Source of the DNA: Eledone cirrhosa
Taxonomy: Eukaryota
DNA length: 64,000 nucleotides
Assembly (NCBI GenBank): GCA_964016885.1
Contig: OZ024740.1
Location: 201,066,001-201,130,000 of the forward strand
Direction: 5' to 3'
Shown: positions 12,880 through 27,939 of the stretch, in pieces
Layout of the letters: every line of letters starts with the position of its first letter
Numbering within the stretch: the stretch's first letter is position 1
Notes under the pieces: model-generated
The model's database searches: none
The model's input: only the letters and a program-made list of their open reading frames with translations
Told to the model about the DNA's origin: nothing
Program-made: the position numbers and the translations under genes

Positions 12880-13094
12880 GGAGTGGCTACACAGCAGTTA
12901 GTTCACCATACCGAGAACAATTGTTTCACCTTAGCGGATCCTCAGCTCGTAATTGATTACGAGCTGAGGATCCGCTAAGGTGAAACAATTGTTCTCAGTA
13001 TGGTGAACTAACTGTTGTGTAACCACCTCTACCTAACTCGTCCCATGGACTGCGTGCTCTACCACTACGGATATCACCTTCCAGTGTTCTACCA

Positions 13095-13100
<6 letters not shown>
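12880..13100. mobile_element. Fold-back pLTR-like unit between (TA)n tracts
   Basis: Hairpin 12880-13030 centred near 12954, with a hammerhead in each arm. Confidence 0.85.
12961..12996 (+). ncRNA. Minimal type I hammerhead (inverted copy 12913-12948)
   Basis: GAG-CTGAGGA-tCCgctaaGGt-GAAA-CAATTG-TT-CTC; palindromic stem III. Confidence 0.8.
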
Positions 13101-13150
<50 letters not shown>

Positions 13151-13297
13151 GAGTTAAACAAGATTCAATGAGTATATCAAAGAATGCGTGTTACAGTAGA
13201 TTGGAAGCACTCTACAGTAAATAATTTTCCAGAGTTATTAATATTAAAATACAAATATTAATAAAATAGATGTTCTTCTTGATCAATTAAATATTAT

Positions 13298-13342
13298 TAT
13301 ATATATTTCGGAGGTACAACAGTACGTCCTCATCAGACAAAA
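13298..13342 (-). ncRNA. Hammerhead-like motif, weak stem I
   Basis: CTGATGA-GGAcGTACtgttGTACcTCC-GAAA-TATA-TA. Confidence 0.65.
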
Positions 13343-14115
13343 TATAATGATACATGACATACCCTGAGATGTTAAATGGTTAAGATTTAATCAAGGTAGT
13401 GATTAACCTAAGAGAAAATTCAACATTTATACCCTAATAATGAGAAAATTGCGAAAACGTAATAAATTCAATAGAGAATGTGTGAGTAAGAAAAACGTTG
13501 GCTAATGTGACAGCTATAGAGATTTTAAAATGTAGGATACTACAAGTTATGGTTATCTAGGAAAACATCTCATGAATTATAATAGTCCATTAGGGCCGCT
13601 GAAATATGATTTAAAGAGAGGGAAAGATAAAGGGGAGTAATATATGCAGAAAGAGATTTTTCCAAAAGCTAAGCGGTTAAGTTTAAAAGTATTTAATTTA
13701 TGTTATTTTAGGGTGAAGAATAAAGATTTTAGGGTTTTTTTAAAGTTGATGGTTATTTATATTTATTAATTTTATAAATTCTATAAGTGTGTTAACATTT
13801 CTAAACTTCTGAATTTTATGAGGATAAAATTTAAAGGATTTACCTGGCCAGCGAAAGGAAAATTTTCACTGTTGAATATTTTCCTAAATGTAAACTTTAA
13901 CGAAGATTACCTATAAAAATGTCAACATTTTCGGTATGTAAAGCTTATGAAGTACTTATTGTTAGAAATATTTAAATAACGATTATGTATATGGATATAT
14001 ATTAATGAGCCAGTATATTTTAGGTAAATGATAACGAATATAAAATATTTTATATTCGTTATCATTTACCTAAAATATACATATATTGTATTTTAATATA
14101 TATATATATATATAT

Positions 14116-14196
<81 letters not shown>

Positions 14197-14199
<3 letters not shown>

Positions 14200-14840
14200 G
14201 AATAAACAAGAGAGATGAACGCTAATATAAACATACATGTGTTCGAATCGTAAGGACCAAATTTGCTAGGGTGAAAAAATACTAACTACAGCAATATGGT
14301 TTGTTATCCTCACCTTCAAATATTAAATTAAGAAAAATTAAGAAAAATAACAGACCTATATTGGGCAAAACGCCTGGTAACAACTAGACAGTATTGGAGA
14401 CTGTTTCGCAATGACTTATTAAGTGAAGTTCTCACGTTTCTCTGCTCCTCAGTAGTTGTTGAGAAATCAGTGATCCTTTGACTTCTAAAAATATTAGAGA
14501 ATGAATTGTGTACGATATGAATTATCGCACGTGTCATTCGGAACCCAGCTTGTTTCGAAATTCCTTGCCGCTAAAAATAGCAGCCTGGCTTAGCGGCAAG
14601 GAATTTCGAGACAATAAGTCGTTGCGAAACAGTCTCCAATACTGTCTAGTTGTTACCAGGCGTTTTGCCCAATATAGTTCTGTTATTTTTCTTTATTTTT
14701 CTTAATTTAATATTTAAAGTTAAGGATAACAAACCATATTGCTGTAGTTAGTATTTTTTCACCCTAGCAAATTTGGTCCTTACGATTCGAACACGTGTAT
14801 GTTTATATTAGCGTTCATCTCTCTTTTTATTCAATTATAT
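14197..14840. repeat. Fold-back unit, arms about 225 bp, with a second hairpin in the spacer (14551-14613), between (TA)n tracts
   Basis: 14197-14422 is complementary to 14612-14840. Confidence 0.9.
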
Positions 14841-14901
14841 TGTACGACTCGGAAAAGCTTTTTTCTTAGAGCTTGTAAGAGACTACTCTGAGTTCTTAAC
14901 T

Positions 14902-14982
<81 letters not shown>

Positions 14983-15349
14983 GATGGATTCAGATTGAAA
15001 CTAGCTAGATCATCACTCGACAGAGTACTCGATACATGAGGTAGTAGCGTATGGTTGTACCATAAAGAGCCAGGACCCGAACTCTAGCCGTTTCAACAGC
15101 TAGTTCCAGACAAGGGGACGGATAAATTCAATGTTAATTTGGGAGCGAACTCTTACACACGTACGACTCATTTTTCGCCTCTTCATGGATGGAAGCAGCA
15201 TGAAATATAGTGTCTTGCACAAGCACACAACGGTTCGTCAAGTTTACACGGTTGGCAAAAAATGAGTTGTATATATTATTCAGGGGGCCAGCATTGACAC
15301 ACACTGAGCCGAACACCGAATCACTAAGCCATCTACATACATACATACA

Positions 15350-15655
15350 TGATGGCTGCCCCCTCGTTATCGAGTATGGGCCTTGCACGATATACCATTA
15401 TTAATAATTATTAATTAATTCTATCGTGCAATGCCTGTGCGTGAAGATATTTTTTAAAGTAAGGAAAGACTGTGCAGTGAGCCAAGCTCACTCTCTGAGC
15501 GACAGTAGTTATAATCCGAAAAGAAGAAAAGATCAACATCATGGATAACTACTGAGCCGCAGGTTTTATATCCCAGTTTCCTGAGTTACCTTCTCCTAGA
15601 AGAATGCCTTGACGAAGGCTAGGGGTCCTTCACTCCCAGCGGTTTAACCGCGCGG
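15350..15655 (-). mobile_element. Short element family D, related to C, adjoining (CATA)n; deleted copy at 47308-47400
   Basis: Shares head CTAGCCTTCGTCAAGGCATTCTTCTAGGAGAAGGTAACTC and tail GGCAGCCATCAT. Confidence 0.65.
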
Positions 15656-17819
15656 TACATGTGTATATACATATTTACACATTTTCGGATTTACACATTT
15701 ATGAGTTCTTCCGCCCTTTGTCAGGTTTTGTTTTTACATAAATACATACATACACACCTTAGGGTCACCCGGGTCTGCTAACAGTCTCTACCCGTCTGAC
15801 ATTTCCACTCCGCCGGACAGTCCACCCACCTCTCACAGTTTTCAGCCTCGTTGCTTGCTCTAGCCCCCCGTGCTAATGCTTCAGAAGAGAACAGAGCGTT
15901 ATCTTTTCTTTTGGAAGCTTTACTGGAAATGGCCTCAATTCACCGCCTCTCCTCTTCTGGTCAGCTGTTCCCCAGCACCTACCCCCAATACACTCTCACA
16001 CCAACACACATGCCCTACTCGCAACACAATATGACTACTGTCACCAACACACTCACTCACACACACATAGATACACTAACACACATAGATTCGCAAACAC
16101 ACAGAACAAATAACTAATTAATTAGTTATACCAATACGACCATAAATACATAAGAACAATTAATTATACTAACACTACTAATTAATGAATTAAATATACT
16201 GGCATGACCGACTAACACGGCCAATTAACTAATCCAACACGACTAAAAGCTAACATAACACTAACATATCGGGCAAATTAATGGCTAATTAATGCAAATC
16301 AACACAATTTCTCAATTAAACTAACATGATTAGACACGCGCACACAACCACCCCAACTGCCACCACCTCTACATCACAGTGATCCTTGAAACTACCCTAA
16401 CCTCTTCATTCAAGGTCACCACACCTTGGTACATTCTTTCCGTGATATATACCCCACACTTCTTACAACTTCAGTTCTTATTGTTCTATTCACAGCCACC
16501 CTACTTCCCAATTCTAGCCACTTCCTGAAATAGCACAGACAACTGAGGGCTATACATCATTCGATCGTACACTTTGATCACAAGTTCTGTATACTACATC
16601 TCACTTCACATTTGGTACATACGCACACCACTACAGACAGTCATATAAGCTAATCCACACATGCGCATACTCACACTAATGGCCGTATAAACTCACCTAA
16701 ACGCACCCAAAACACACACCACACTCATACATAAGCATACATATACAACCACAAACGTGTATACACACACACACTCACACACATAAAAATCCACAGAAAC
16801 ATACGTATATGCGTACACACCATCATCCACACACACTCGTACATAAACATACACACAAACGCACACACTGGGAGAAATGACATCAATGACATACACAACC
16901 ATGGAATGCACTCCATCCTCACACACACACAACAGTACCAATGTTACACCTGGACTCACCACCTCGGCCCCCAACCCTGCACGTCTGACCAATTGCCCAC
17001 ACTCCTCACCCATCTTAAAAAAGTTCTTTTTTTACCCTCCAGTACTCCAACATTTGTTTTTCCAGCCTTCTCTCTCGCCAAACTCTGCTTTTTCCTAATA
17101 AAGGACTTTTGTCAAATACTATGATACATTTATTTATTTCTCCTTTTTTCTTTTCATTGACTTCATTCCCAAGCGTGAAACTAATATGACTTTGTGTTTC
17201 TGCATCTCTCTATGATTATTCTTTAATGAATACATACATACATACATATATACATACATATATACATAGATACATACATACATATATACATACATATATA
17301 CATACATACATACATACATATATACATACATACATGATAGTTCACATTCTACTAGTAATTATTGTGGCACTGTGCTCTATTGATAAATGCCTTAATGGCA
17401 GCCAGTAAGACCTAGGGTTTTCAGACAAAGACATTGGCTCATTAACACACACCTACAAATAAGTCACTATTTTAAATACTATAGATCAGCATTTGAAATT
17501 CATATTTATAACGAAGATATATATATATATACATATATGATTAGAACGCTGTTGAAGCGTGTATACATATTTTGGGACACCCTGTATATATATGTTATAT
17601 ATACCCGCCCTCTCCAGCCCCCTTCACCCACTACCACCCCTACACACCTCACACCCTTTCACCCCTTGTTTATTTTTGTTTTTATTTTTATTTTTATTTT
17701 TATTTGTACTTTTAAAATATTTCCTTTACTCTCTAAAAAAATTGTCCCCCCCCTTTTTTTCAAATGTCTTTCCACCACTCCCCCACACACTCTCGGAACT
17801 CTCTTCCTACCCACTGTTC

Positions 17820-17850
17820 TCCTGGTGAAGGGCTTATGCTCGAAACGTCC
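17820..17850 (+). ncRNA. Degenerate minimal hammerhead (CTGGTGA core)
   Basis: CTGGTGA-aGGGCttatGCTC-GAAA-CG-TC. Confidence 0.5.
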
Positions 17851-17999
17851 GCCTCCCCCCACTCTCAAGCGTGAAACTAAAAGCCATATCATTTGTACTG
17901 CTGCCTCTGTTTTTTGTTCTCTGTTCATTTATTCAACTATATATATATATATATATAGTTGAAATTATATATATATAAAATATATATATATATATATAT

Positions 18000-18448
18000 A
18001 AAATACGTAGTTTAGAAAGCCACAACAATGCAGAGGGAAATCTCGAGGTAGGAAGTGAATGATAGATAGGAGAAATAGGAGAAAGTGAAAATTGAGAGAC
18101 ACAAAGATGAAAACAAAACAAAGGTAGAAGGGTTGCCGTAGTGGAGATTTAATCCCAATATTTCGGGCTCACGCTCATCAACGGGGGAAAGTTCCAAAAG
18201 GGGGGGAAACAGGCCAAGCCAGACTCCGGCTTGGCCTGTTTCCCCCCTTTTGGAACTTTCCCCCGTTGATGAGCGTGAGCCCGAAATATTGGGATTAAAT
18301 CTCCACTACGGCAACCCTTCTACCTTTGTTTTGTTTTCATCTTTGTGTCTCTCAATTTTCACTTTCTCCTATTTCTCCTATCTATCATTCACTTCCTACC
18401 TCGAGATTTCCCTCTGCATTGTTGTGGCTTTCTAAACTACGTATTTTA
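18000..18448. mobile_element. Fold-back unit with apparently identical arms of about 220 bp; hammerhead variant at 18261-18293(+) and 18154-18186(-)
   Basis: Both arms give the same 61-aa spurious ORF; CCCg-TTGATGA-GCgtgaGCcc-GAAA-TA-TT-GGG. Confidence 0.88.
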
Positions 18449-18519
18449 CACATTTCACAATGCTTCAAGCCCAACTTTAACACCCTCATATATATATATA
18501 ATATATATATATATATATA

Positions 18520-18770
18520 GTTGAAATTATATATATATAAAATTATAAATGTAAGCTATCGCCGTATTTTGGCTAAAGAAATTAAAGAAAATTATTTAGC
18601 CTGATAGTGGGGTTAAGAACCCTCGGAGAAATAGAAAAGGATGAGTATTGACGTCAATACTCATCTTTTTCCATTTCTCCGAGGGTTCTTAACCCCACTA
18701 TCAGGCTAAATAATTTTCTTTAATTTCTTTAGCCAAAATACGGCGATAGCTTACATTTATAATTTCAAAC
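18520..18770. repeat. Near-perfect palindrome centred on GACGTC (about 18653), between (TA)n tracts
   Basis: Arms about 110 bp, no spacer. Confidence 0.9.
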
Positions 18771-18795
18771 TCGCTCGCTCTTTCGATAATATTCT

Positions 18796-18849
<54 letters not shown>

Positions 18850-18852
<3 letters not shown>

Positions 18853-19570
18853 CAAGAAACGAAGCAGGCTGTGTGGTTACTGTAAACAAAGTTTAAGATG
18901 GTAATATGGACGAAACAAGAGCACAAACCCTTCATCAGCTGTTAACTGCAAATCATAGATGTTTCGGCGCTTAAAACAGGACATCGAAATCGATCAGCAG
19001 CGTTCCCAAGGCCTTTTATCAATCAAAAGGCCCTGAGGGGAAGAAAAGATAGTGAAGAGAGAGGAAGAAAGACAAAAAAGGAAAGAGGAAAAAATGAAGT
19101 AAACTAACCGAATGGAGGGAGACACAGCACAATGGCACATGCAAGTGACTAACCGAGGAGGAAATAGAAAAATTTACAACGAACCGATTGGACTTAAGTC
19201 CTCTGATCAATATAAGTGCGGAGCGAGGTTTTTCCGTGCGATCTCAGCAAAGTGAGTGTAGAGAGAGAGAGAAAGGGTTTTCCGACATGACTGAGAACAG
19301 GTTGAAAACGAGCAGATGGATAGAGAGGGGGGGGGAGAAAGAGAGAGAGAAAAGGAAGAGAGAGAAGACGAGAGTCGATATGAAAGCGTGGTGGCACGAC
19401 AAATCGAGCAAAACAGGTAGAGGGGGTGAGAGAGGTAAATACAAAATTATAAGAAACGAAGCTGGCTGTGTGGCTACTGTAAACAAAGTTTAAGATGGTA
19501 ATAATCGTCCAACACTTTAAATAGAAAAAGAGTCTTAACGTTTCGAACTGTGGTTCTTCATCGGAGGATG
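18850..19570 (-). mobile_element. pLTR-like direct repeats (18850-18905, 19447-19503) with degenerate hammerhead 19532-19567
   Basis: CCGATGA-aGAACcacaGTTC-GAAA-CG-TT on the minus strand. Confidence 0.55.
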
Positions 19571-20104
19571 GAATGAGAAACAAAAGTTGAAATAGAAAGA
19601 TCATGAATGAGAAAGGGTAAGAAAGGGGGGAAAAAATAAGAAAAAACACACGTGCTTTTCTGTCAGCCATTGTTTATAAAGGAATGCGCCCGTGTGTAGA
19701 ACCTCTCTTGGTTCCGACAACGAGTGTTTCGGTTGTTCGAACAAAGGGATTTCCACCTCATCAAAATAATGTGTAAGTGGCTGAGCATTCCCCAAACACG
19801 TGCACAATTAACGTAGTTCTAAGGGAGATTTAGCGTGGGATATTATGTCCAATGCTCACCCTTTGAATTTCTGGTACAGCTCATTTTTGCCAGCAGAATG
19901 GACTGGAGCAACATGAAATAAAATGCGCCACTGAGAATCGAACCTATCACCTTATGATAGCGAGCCGAACTCCCTAACCACTATTATAATATGTGTTTAA
20001 TATACTGTAGTGCTTAAAATATTTAAACGTTAACTAAATGAGCATCAATACTAGTGGCTAGAGAGAAATCAATTTAGCTTGGTTGATTGACTTAAAGTCT
20101 GTCT

Positions 20105-20572
20105 GAAAATAATTGTTTCTAGTTTTGGCACAAGGCCAGCAATTATACCAGTGCATTACTGGTACTTTACTTTATCGATCCCGTAAGGATGAAAGGCAAA
20201 ATTAACCTCGGCGGGATTTGAACTCAAACCGTAAAGAGCCGTAACTCTTTGCTGCAAAGCATGGCGTCCGACTAAAAATAATTGTTTCTACTTTTGGCAC
20301 AAGGCCAGCAATTATCCCAGTGCATTACTGGTACTTTATTTTATCGACCCCGTAAGGATGAAAGGCAAAGTCAACCTCGGCTGGATTTGAACTCAGATCG
20401 TAAAGGGACGTAACTATGCTGGAAAGCATGGCGTCCGACCCTCTACCGATACTGCCAATCCACCGCCTAAAATTACGACTAAAAATAATTGTTTCTACTT
20501 TAGGCACAAGGCCAGCAATTATCCAGTGCATTACTGGTACTTTATTTCATCGACCCCGTAAGGATGAAAGGC
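20105..20572 (-). mobile_element. Tandem copies of tRNA-derived SINE family B
   Basis: GGCGGTGGATTGGCAGTATCGGTAGAG...GAGTTCAAATCC...GGGGTCGATAAAATAAAGTACCAG; other copies 31098-31288, 46735-46915, 59210-59350. Confidence 0.85.
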
Positions 20573-20656
20573 TAAAAATAATGTCGTATAATGTCATTTC
20601 ACGTTTTCATTATGTTCTAGCTTCCTACGGCAAATAGTTAAAATACTCACACATAT

Positions 20657-20910
<254 letters not shown>

Positions 20911-21009
20911 GTCATAAATAACGTTCAATAACTAATATTTGAAAGTTCTGCGCATAGTAAAAGTCTGTTAAATATGAGAAGTGTACAAATTATTATCTTT
21001 TATTTATCT

Positions 21010-21405
21010 CTGAAGATATTGGAATAATGTTACTCGAAAGAGAGAGTGCCGGGCTCAGAGATCAGAGAGTCACTCCAGGTAGAGCAGCTACTTCTCCAAA
21101 TTGAGAGATCGCAGCTCCGATACTATGGGCATGTGGTTAGAATGTCAGAGAAAAGAATCGCTGGACAGATTTTACAGGCAAAACCAACTGGCAGGAGAAC
21201 CAGGCGCAGACCCCGAGAAAGATGGTTGGATAACATCCATGCGCTTGGCTGGTCTCGCTTTGGGATCCAGCCGGATCAGTTGGAGGCGGTTGCTTCTGAC
21301 AGGACCCACTGGAAAGAGTTGTTTGAGGACTTTTTCACCCCACAACACCCTCAAGAAGAAGAAGAAGAAGAAGAAGAAGAAGAAGAAGAAGAAGAAGAAG
21401 AAGAA
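21010..21405 (+). mobile_element. RTE-like LINE 3' end with (GAA)n tail
   Basis: IERSQLRYYGHVVRM...GRRTRRRPRERWLDNI followed by (GAA)n. Confidence 0.8.
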
Positions 21406-23257
21406 TATATTGTATGTAAAGGCAAAGTGTTCAGATCTGTCTAATACATACAATGTTGACTAACATCTATAGATATAATCTGTGGTATATCATTGAGATA
21501 TGACACTGTTAACATTCAGTAATTTATTTATATATTCCAATATAGTTGGAATATACTTACTTGTATATACATATATATAAATATGTGTGTGTGTATGTGT
21601 ACACAAACCTATATACATATACAACACAGGTATAGATAGACGCACACATGTGTATGTGCTGTATGTATGCATGTATATATATGTATGTACATACGTACGT
21701 ACGTGTGTATGTACGTATGTATGTAGGGGTTTACGATATCTATGATTCTCTCTTTATAGACAATCACCAATAAATATATACAGTACTGTTCTATGTGTGT
21801 GTATATATATATGGGAGGGTAAGTAGCTAGATTGGTATACATGTATATAAAGAACATATTCACAGATGGACAGACGCATATATATGTTGGTGTGTAAGAA
21901 TAAATGAATATATGTGTGACTATACATTTTATTAAAATAGACAGCAAAGATATATGTATATTGATGTACCTTATGTAAAACATATTTAAAATTTGTTATA
22001 AAAAATGTGACGATTGACAAAACCAATATTCAGAGTTGTATGTTTTATAAATAGGAGAAAGAAGTGAAGCCACGTTGCTCAGTTGTTAAGATTTTCGTCT
22101 TATAATTGTAAGGTCATGCGTTTGATTCACGGCATGACTTAATTTCTTCTCTCTAGCCACTTGTATTGATGCTCATTTAGTTAACGTTTGAATATTTTAA
22201 GCACTACAGTATACACATATTCTAATTAGGGAGTTCGGCTCACTATCATAAGGTGATTAGTTCGATTCCCAGTGGCGCATTTTATTTCATGTTGCTCAAG
22301 CCTATTCGGCTGGCAAAAATGGACTGTACCTGAAATTGCGACATAATATCTCACGCTGAATCTCCCTTAGAACTACGTTAATTGTGCAGGTGTTTGGGTA
22401 ATGCTCAGCCACTTGCACATGATTTTAATGAAGTGTAAACCCCTTTGTTCGAACAACCGAAACATGACACCTAATTTCAAGTTGTTCTCGTCTGCTCAGC
22501 TGGTAAAAATATGTTATATCTCTTATTCAAAAGGCTTACCTTGTTACACAATGTGACACGCTGAATCTCACCTGATAGCAGGGCCTATGAGAGGGGAGTT
22601 CAGCCGGTACTTTGTTCTGCGGCCCAAGTGCTAAAAAGGCGCAACAGCAACCATGCAACATCCATTTTGAGAAAAATATATGCCTGCATCGAGCCTCCTA
22701 GGGGTCTTGTACCGCCTTACAAAATTTCTTTCGGATGCCCTGCCTGATAGTAAACTTGACTGTGGAATACTCAGATAATGGCGTGTTGAATTTCCTGATT
22801 TGCTGTACCGTTGATGAAACAACTGGGACATCCATCGTCGAAACAGATGCAGGTCCACCAACGCTGCAACAAACATTGAAACTTTCTTCTAGTTCTTTAT
22901 ACGACATACAAAATCAAAATGTCAATATTTTACACGGTGATAAAATGCAATATAGCTATTAATTCTTTACGCTTCTTTGATACACTTTATGTTGGGTTAG
23001 AAATGGAGAGTTGGCAGCCCGTATCAAGATAACAACTAGGAGCAATAGAGAAATATATAAACGTTTAGTAGTTTAGAAGAAAACGACGAAATAGACAAAG
23101 CAAAATATAATGAATCTTTAAATATTGAAAACTGCAGAAAGTAAAATTATTGCATGAAAGGTTAAAGGTTTGCAGTGTAATAAACAGATAAGTAATAAGT
23201 AATATATATATATACATATATATATATATATTATATTATATATATATATATATTTAT

Positions 23258-23348
<91 letters not shown>

Positions 23349-23397
23349 TATATATATATTATATTATATATATTATATCATATATTATATATATATA

Positions 23398-23464
<67 letters not shown>

Positions 23465-23522
23465 ATGTATATATATGTGTATGTATACATATACATACAT
23501 ATATGTATGTATATATATGTGA

Positions 23523-23574
<52 letters not shown>

Positions 23575-24032
23575 AAATGTAATGTTTGTATTTGTATTTG
23601 TGTGTGAGGTCTGTGCATATATCATGTGATGTAATTCTATTATGATTTTAATTTAAAAGCATTGCAACAAGATGAAAGCAAAGGAAACGTGCAGCCCGAA
23701 CGGCAGCCATTTTATAAATTGTAGATGCAAATATATATGACAATCGAGAAAACATTCAGTAAAAGTATTAAATATTAAATGCATAAATTTCATTATTGAA
23801 TAAAATAAATGGACAAAAATATGCTTTTGTGGATTTTGTCGTTGGCACACACTGGTATATAATAAAATGAAAACATAGAGTTATCAAAACTAAACTAATT
23901 AGTTGTATATTTTCGAGTGCATGTTTGTATATATATATATATATAAATGGAAAAGAATGAAACGAAATTTCATTTCTCACTCTTAGTACGGCTGATACCT
24001 TCAAACGTTCAATCATCTGACAGGAAGGTATA

Positions 24033-24073
24033 CGATGCTGACGATAGCTAATGAGCTTGAAACTAGTACATCG
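24033..24073 (+). ncRNA. Type I hammerhead, intact core
   Basis: CGATG-CTGACGA-tAGCTaatgAGCTt-GAAA-CTAG-TA-CATCG. Confidence 0.88.
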
Positions 24074-24324
24074 TTCCTGTGTCAGTGTTGAACAAAAGGG
24101 CGACGATGGTTGCCGAACACTGTACGGCGTAATTCGGGCTGTTTGTTTACAAACAAACCGAGTATTATAATTAATGTTCGGTAAACCCATGCGTACATAT
24201 ATATATATATATATATGTGTGCATGTATGTATATATATATACATACTACTGTACGTCTGTATACATATATGTATGTACGTATACATACTTATATTTATAT
24301 ATATATACATAAATATATGTATAT

Positions 24325-24355
<31 letters not shown>

Positions 24356-24365
24356 ATATATGTAT

Positions 24366-24431
<66 letters not shown>

Positions 24432-24449
24432 ACATACATATACACATAC

Positions 24450-24495
<46 letters not shown>

Positions 24496-24533
24496 GTATG
24501 TATGTACATCTCTCTCTCTATATATATATAAAT

Positions 24534-24564
<31 letters not shown>

Positions 24565-24580
24565 CATAAATACCCCCCCC

Positions 24581-24684
<104 letters not shown>

Positions 24685-25179
24685 AATATAAATTCACCGA
24701 GAATCGTATTCCGGCGGGTAAAAATAAGCGAAACGCTTATTTGTGTTGGCAAGCGCTCCATGGACCAAAAGAAACAAGAGCAATAAACATATGTTATAAA
24801 GGCCATACAAACTGAGACGGCGGTTAAGAAGCTATCAACCACCTAACCCCCCAAAATAACAAAGCAAACTAAACGGCTCAAAAAAATAAATGAATTAAAT
24901 ATTTTGTATTTTATATTTTGTATTATTTGTTTTGATTCATGTGATAGAGATATTAACTATGTATTTGCCTAACTACTACGTTTCATGCTGTAATTTACCC
25001 TCCGTTCTACTGTAGGGTACTTCGTTCAATATATGGATAATATATCTGTAATATTGATCCCCCTTTTAAAACTTCTTACTATAATTTAAACATCTCCCTA
25101 TTTATTAGTTATTATACGTACATATATTTTTTTGTTACTTACTTCAATCAAGATTTTAACTTGTAAATTTGTTTTTATT

Positions 25180-25958
<779 letters not shown>

Positions 25959-25977
25959 GAAATAGGATTTCGCTTCA

Positions 25978-26510
25978 AGCATAGCTTTATACAATATGTA
26001 TAAATATTTCGTATCTCCAAAGAAATACGGTTTTAGGAAGCTGTGGCTATGCAACCACCGGGGGGGGGGGGGGGGGTGCTAACGCCCTCTGGTGATGTCC
26101 AGCAGAAGCAAGGAGGACAACCGTCTATGCATTTCAGGCTTAACTGGCCTTCGTCAGGCCGGTCCTTCCCACGGCTTGCGACTGCTGGACTAGAAGACAG
26201 CGAGAATATATACTTTTCTCGTCTGTGTAAATGAGTTGAACCAACTTATGCAGCTTCATATGCAAATGAGATTAATCACCTCATTTACACAGACGAGAAA
26301 TGTATATATACTCGCTGTCTTCTAGACCAGCAGTCGCAAGCGGTGGGAGGGACCGTCCTGACGAAGGCCAGTTAAGCCTGAAATGCATAGACGGTTGTCC
26401 CCCTTGCTTCTGCTGGACATCACCAGAGGGCTTTAGCCCCCCGGTATTTGCATAGCTACAGCTTTCTAAAACCGTATTTCTTTGGAGATACGAAATATTT
26501 ATACATATTA
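25978..26510. mobile_element. Fold-back unit between (TA)n tracts
   Basis: 25978-26234 is complementary to 26281-26510, with several substitutions. Confidence 0.9.
26352..26395 (+). ncRNA. Type I hammerhead, intact core (inverted copy 26120-26163)
   Basis: ACCGTC-CTGACGA-AGGCcagttaaGCCT-GAAA-TGCA-TA-GACGGT. Confidence 0.9.
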
Positions 26511-26623
26511 TATATATATATATATATATACTCACTCGATATGCAAATTAGGCTGCTCAGCCGTTAATATGCATAAGGAAAGTATATACTTTCAGACGTT
26601 CAACCATCTGGCAGGAAGGTATA

Positions 26624-26664
26624 CGATGCTGACGATAGCTAATAAGCTTGAAACTAGTACATCG
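26624..26664 (+). ncRNA. Type I hammerhead, second copy of the 24033 family
   Basis: CGATG-CTGACGA-tAGCTaataAGCTt-GAAA-CTAG-TA-CATCG; 26590-26880 repeats 24000-24290. Confidence 0.88.
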
Positions 26665-27241
26665 TTCCTCTGTCAGTGTTGAACAAAAAGGTGACGTGGT
26701 TGCCTAAACAATGTACGGCGTAATTCGGGCTGTTTGTTTCTTTACAAACAAACCGAGCATTATAATAAATGTTCGGTAAGCCGATACGTACATATATATA
26801 TATGCGTGCATGTATGTATATATATATACATACTACTGTACGTCTGTATACATATATGTATGTACGTATACATACATACTTCCATTTAAGTAAGTGCCGT
26901 ACTAAGAGTGAGAAATGAAATTTCGTTTCATTCTATTCCATTTATCGTTTTCGGTGTAGACGAGAGAGAGAGAAAAAAAGCGACTTGCCAGACCAAGTGT
27001 GCGAAAGAAAAGAATTACGCACAGGTCAAACGGGAAGAAGGAGGAGGAGGAGAGGTAGTAACAGAGAATGAGTGAGTGAAGGGTGAGGAAGAGGCTAACA
27101 GAGAGAGTGACTACTAGAGAGGGTAAAGATACAGAGAAAGAGGAAGCAGTAAGAACGAAATAGACGTGTAACAGTGGGGAAAAAAATATGTGTGAATATG
27201 AGAAAAACGTGCTGCGGGTTGCTAATGGGTTACATATGAAT

Positions 27242-27722
27242 AAAGTTAGTCCTTCATCAGTGATCTTCCAACCACCATTGGTATTTCATCGCTTTAAAGA
27301 CCATATATATCCGGTTGGTGCGAACAACGGCTAAAAAAAGTCGTTGGGACACGTAATTAAAGGGGACGCGAGTGTAAACAAACAAAATGGTGAAGCAACA
27401 GAAAGTGAGGAAGAAGGAGTCAAGTCCCAAATTTCTATGAATTTAAATTCGGTGAAATCGTGAACAAGAGAGAATAAAGACCATCAAACCTGGTTGGAAT
27501 GTAAGCAAGGAAGGAATTCCGTACAGGTCTAACGGGAGGAAGAAGGGATCTAGTCTGTGATTTCGGTGAACGTACCATTTTGTTTCTTTACACTCGCGTC
27601 CCCTTTAATTACGTGTCCCAACGACTTTTTTTAGCCGTTGCTCGCACCAACCGGAGGTATATGGTCTTTAAAGTGATGAAATACCAATGATGGTTGGAAG
27701 ATCACTGATGAAGGACTAACTT
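27242..27722. repeat. Fold-back unit whose arm ends within a hammerhead half (CTGATGAAGGAC) at (TA)n
   Basis: 27242-27396 is complementary to 27575-27722. Confidence 0.85.
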
Positions 27723-27939
27723 TATATATATATATATATATTAAAATATACACGCATACACAAACACACATATTTATATGTGCGTGGTTTTGTATACCTA
27801 TGGTAAGGTTTTGCGTATGCTTGTGTATGTACGTATTTGTTTGCGTGTATGTATTTATTTTTTTCTATTACTTCTGTATTGTATTTATTTACTTTGTTCT
27901 TAACTCTGTAGCGGAGATTCATTCGGACTCCTAGTTAGA

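Noticed and set aside
18597-18640. Hammerhead in the 18520-18770 palindrome (CTGATAG...GAAA)
   Set aside because: Core lacks the GA and stems I and III do not close
22575-23040. DNA transposon remnant starting CAGGGCC
   Set aside because: No matching second TIR or recognisable transposase motif found
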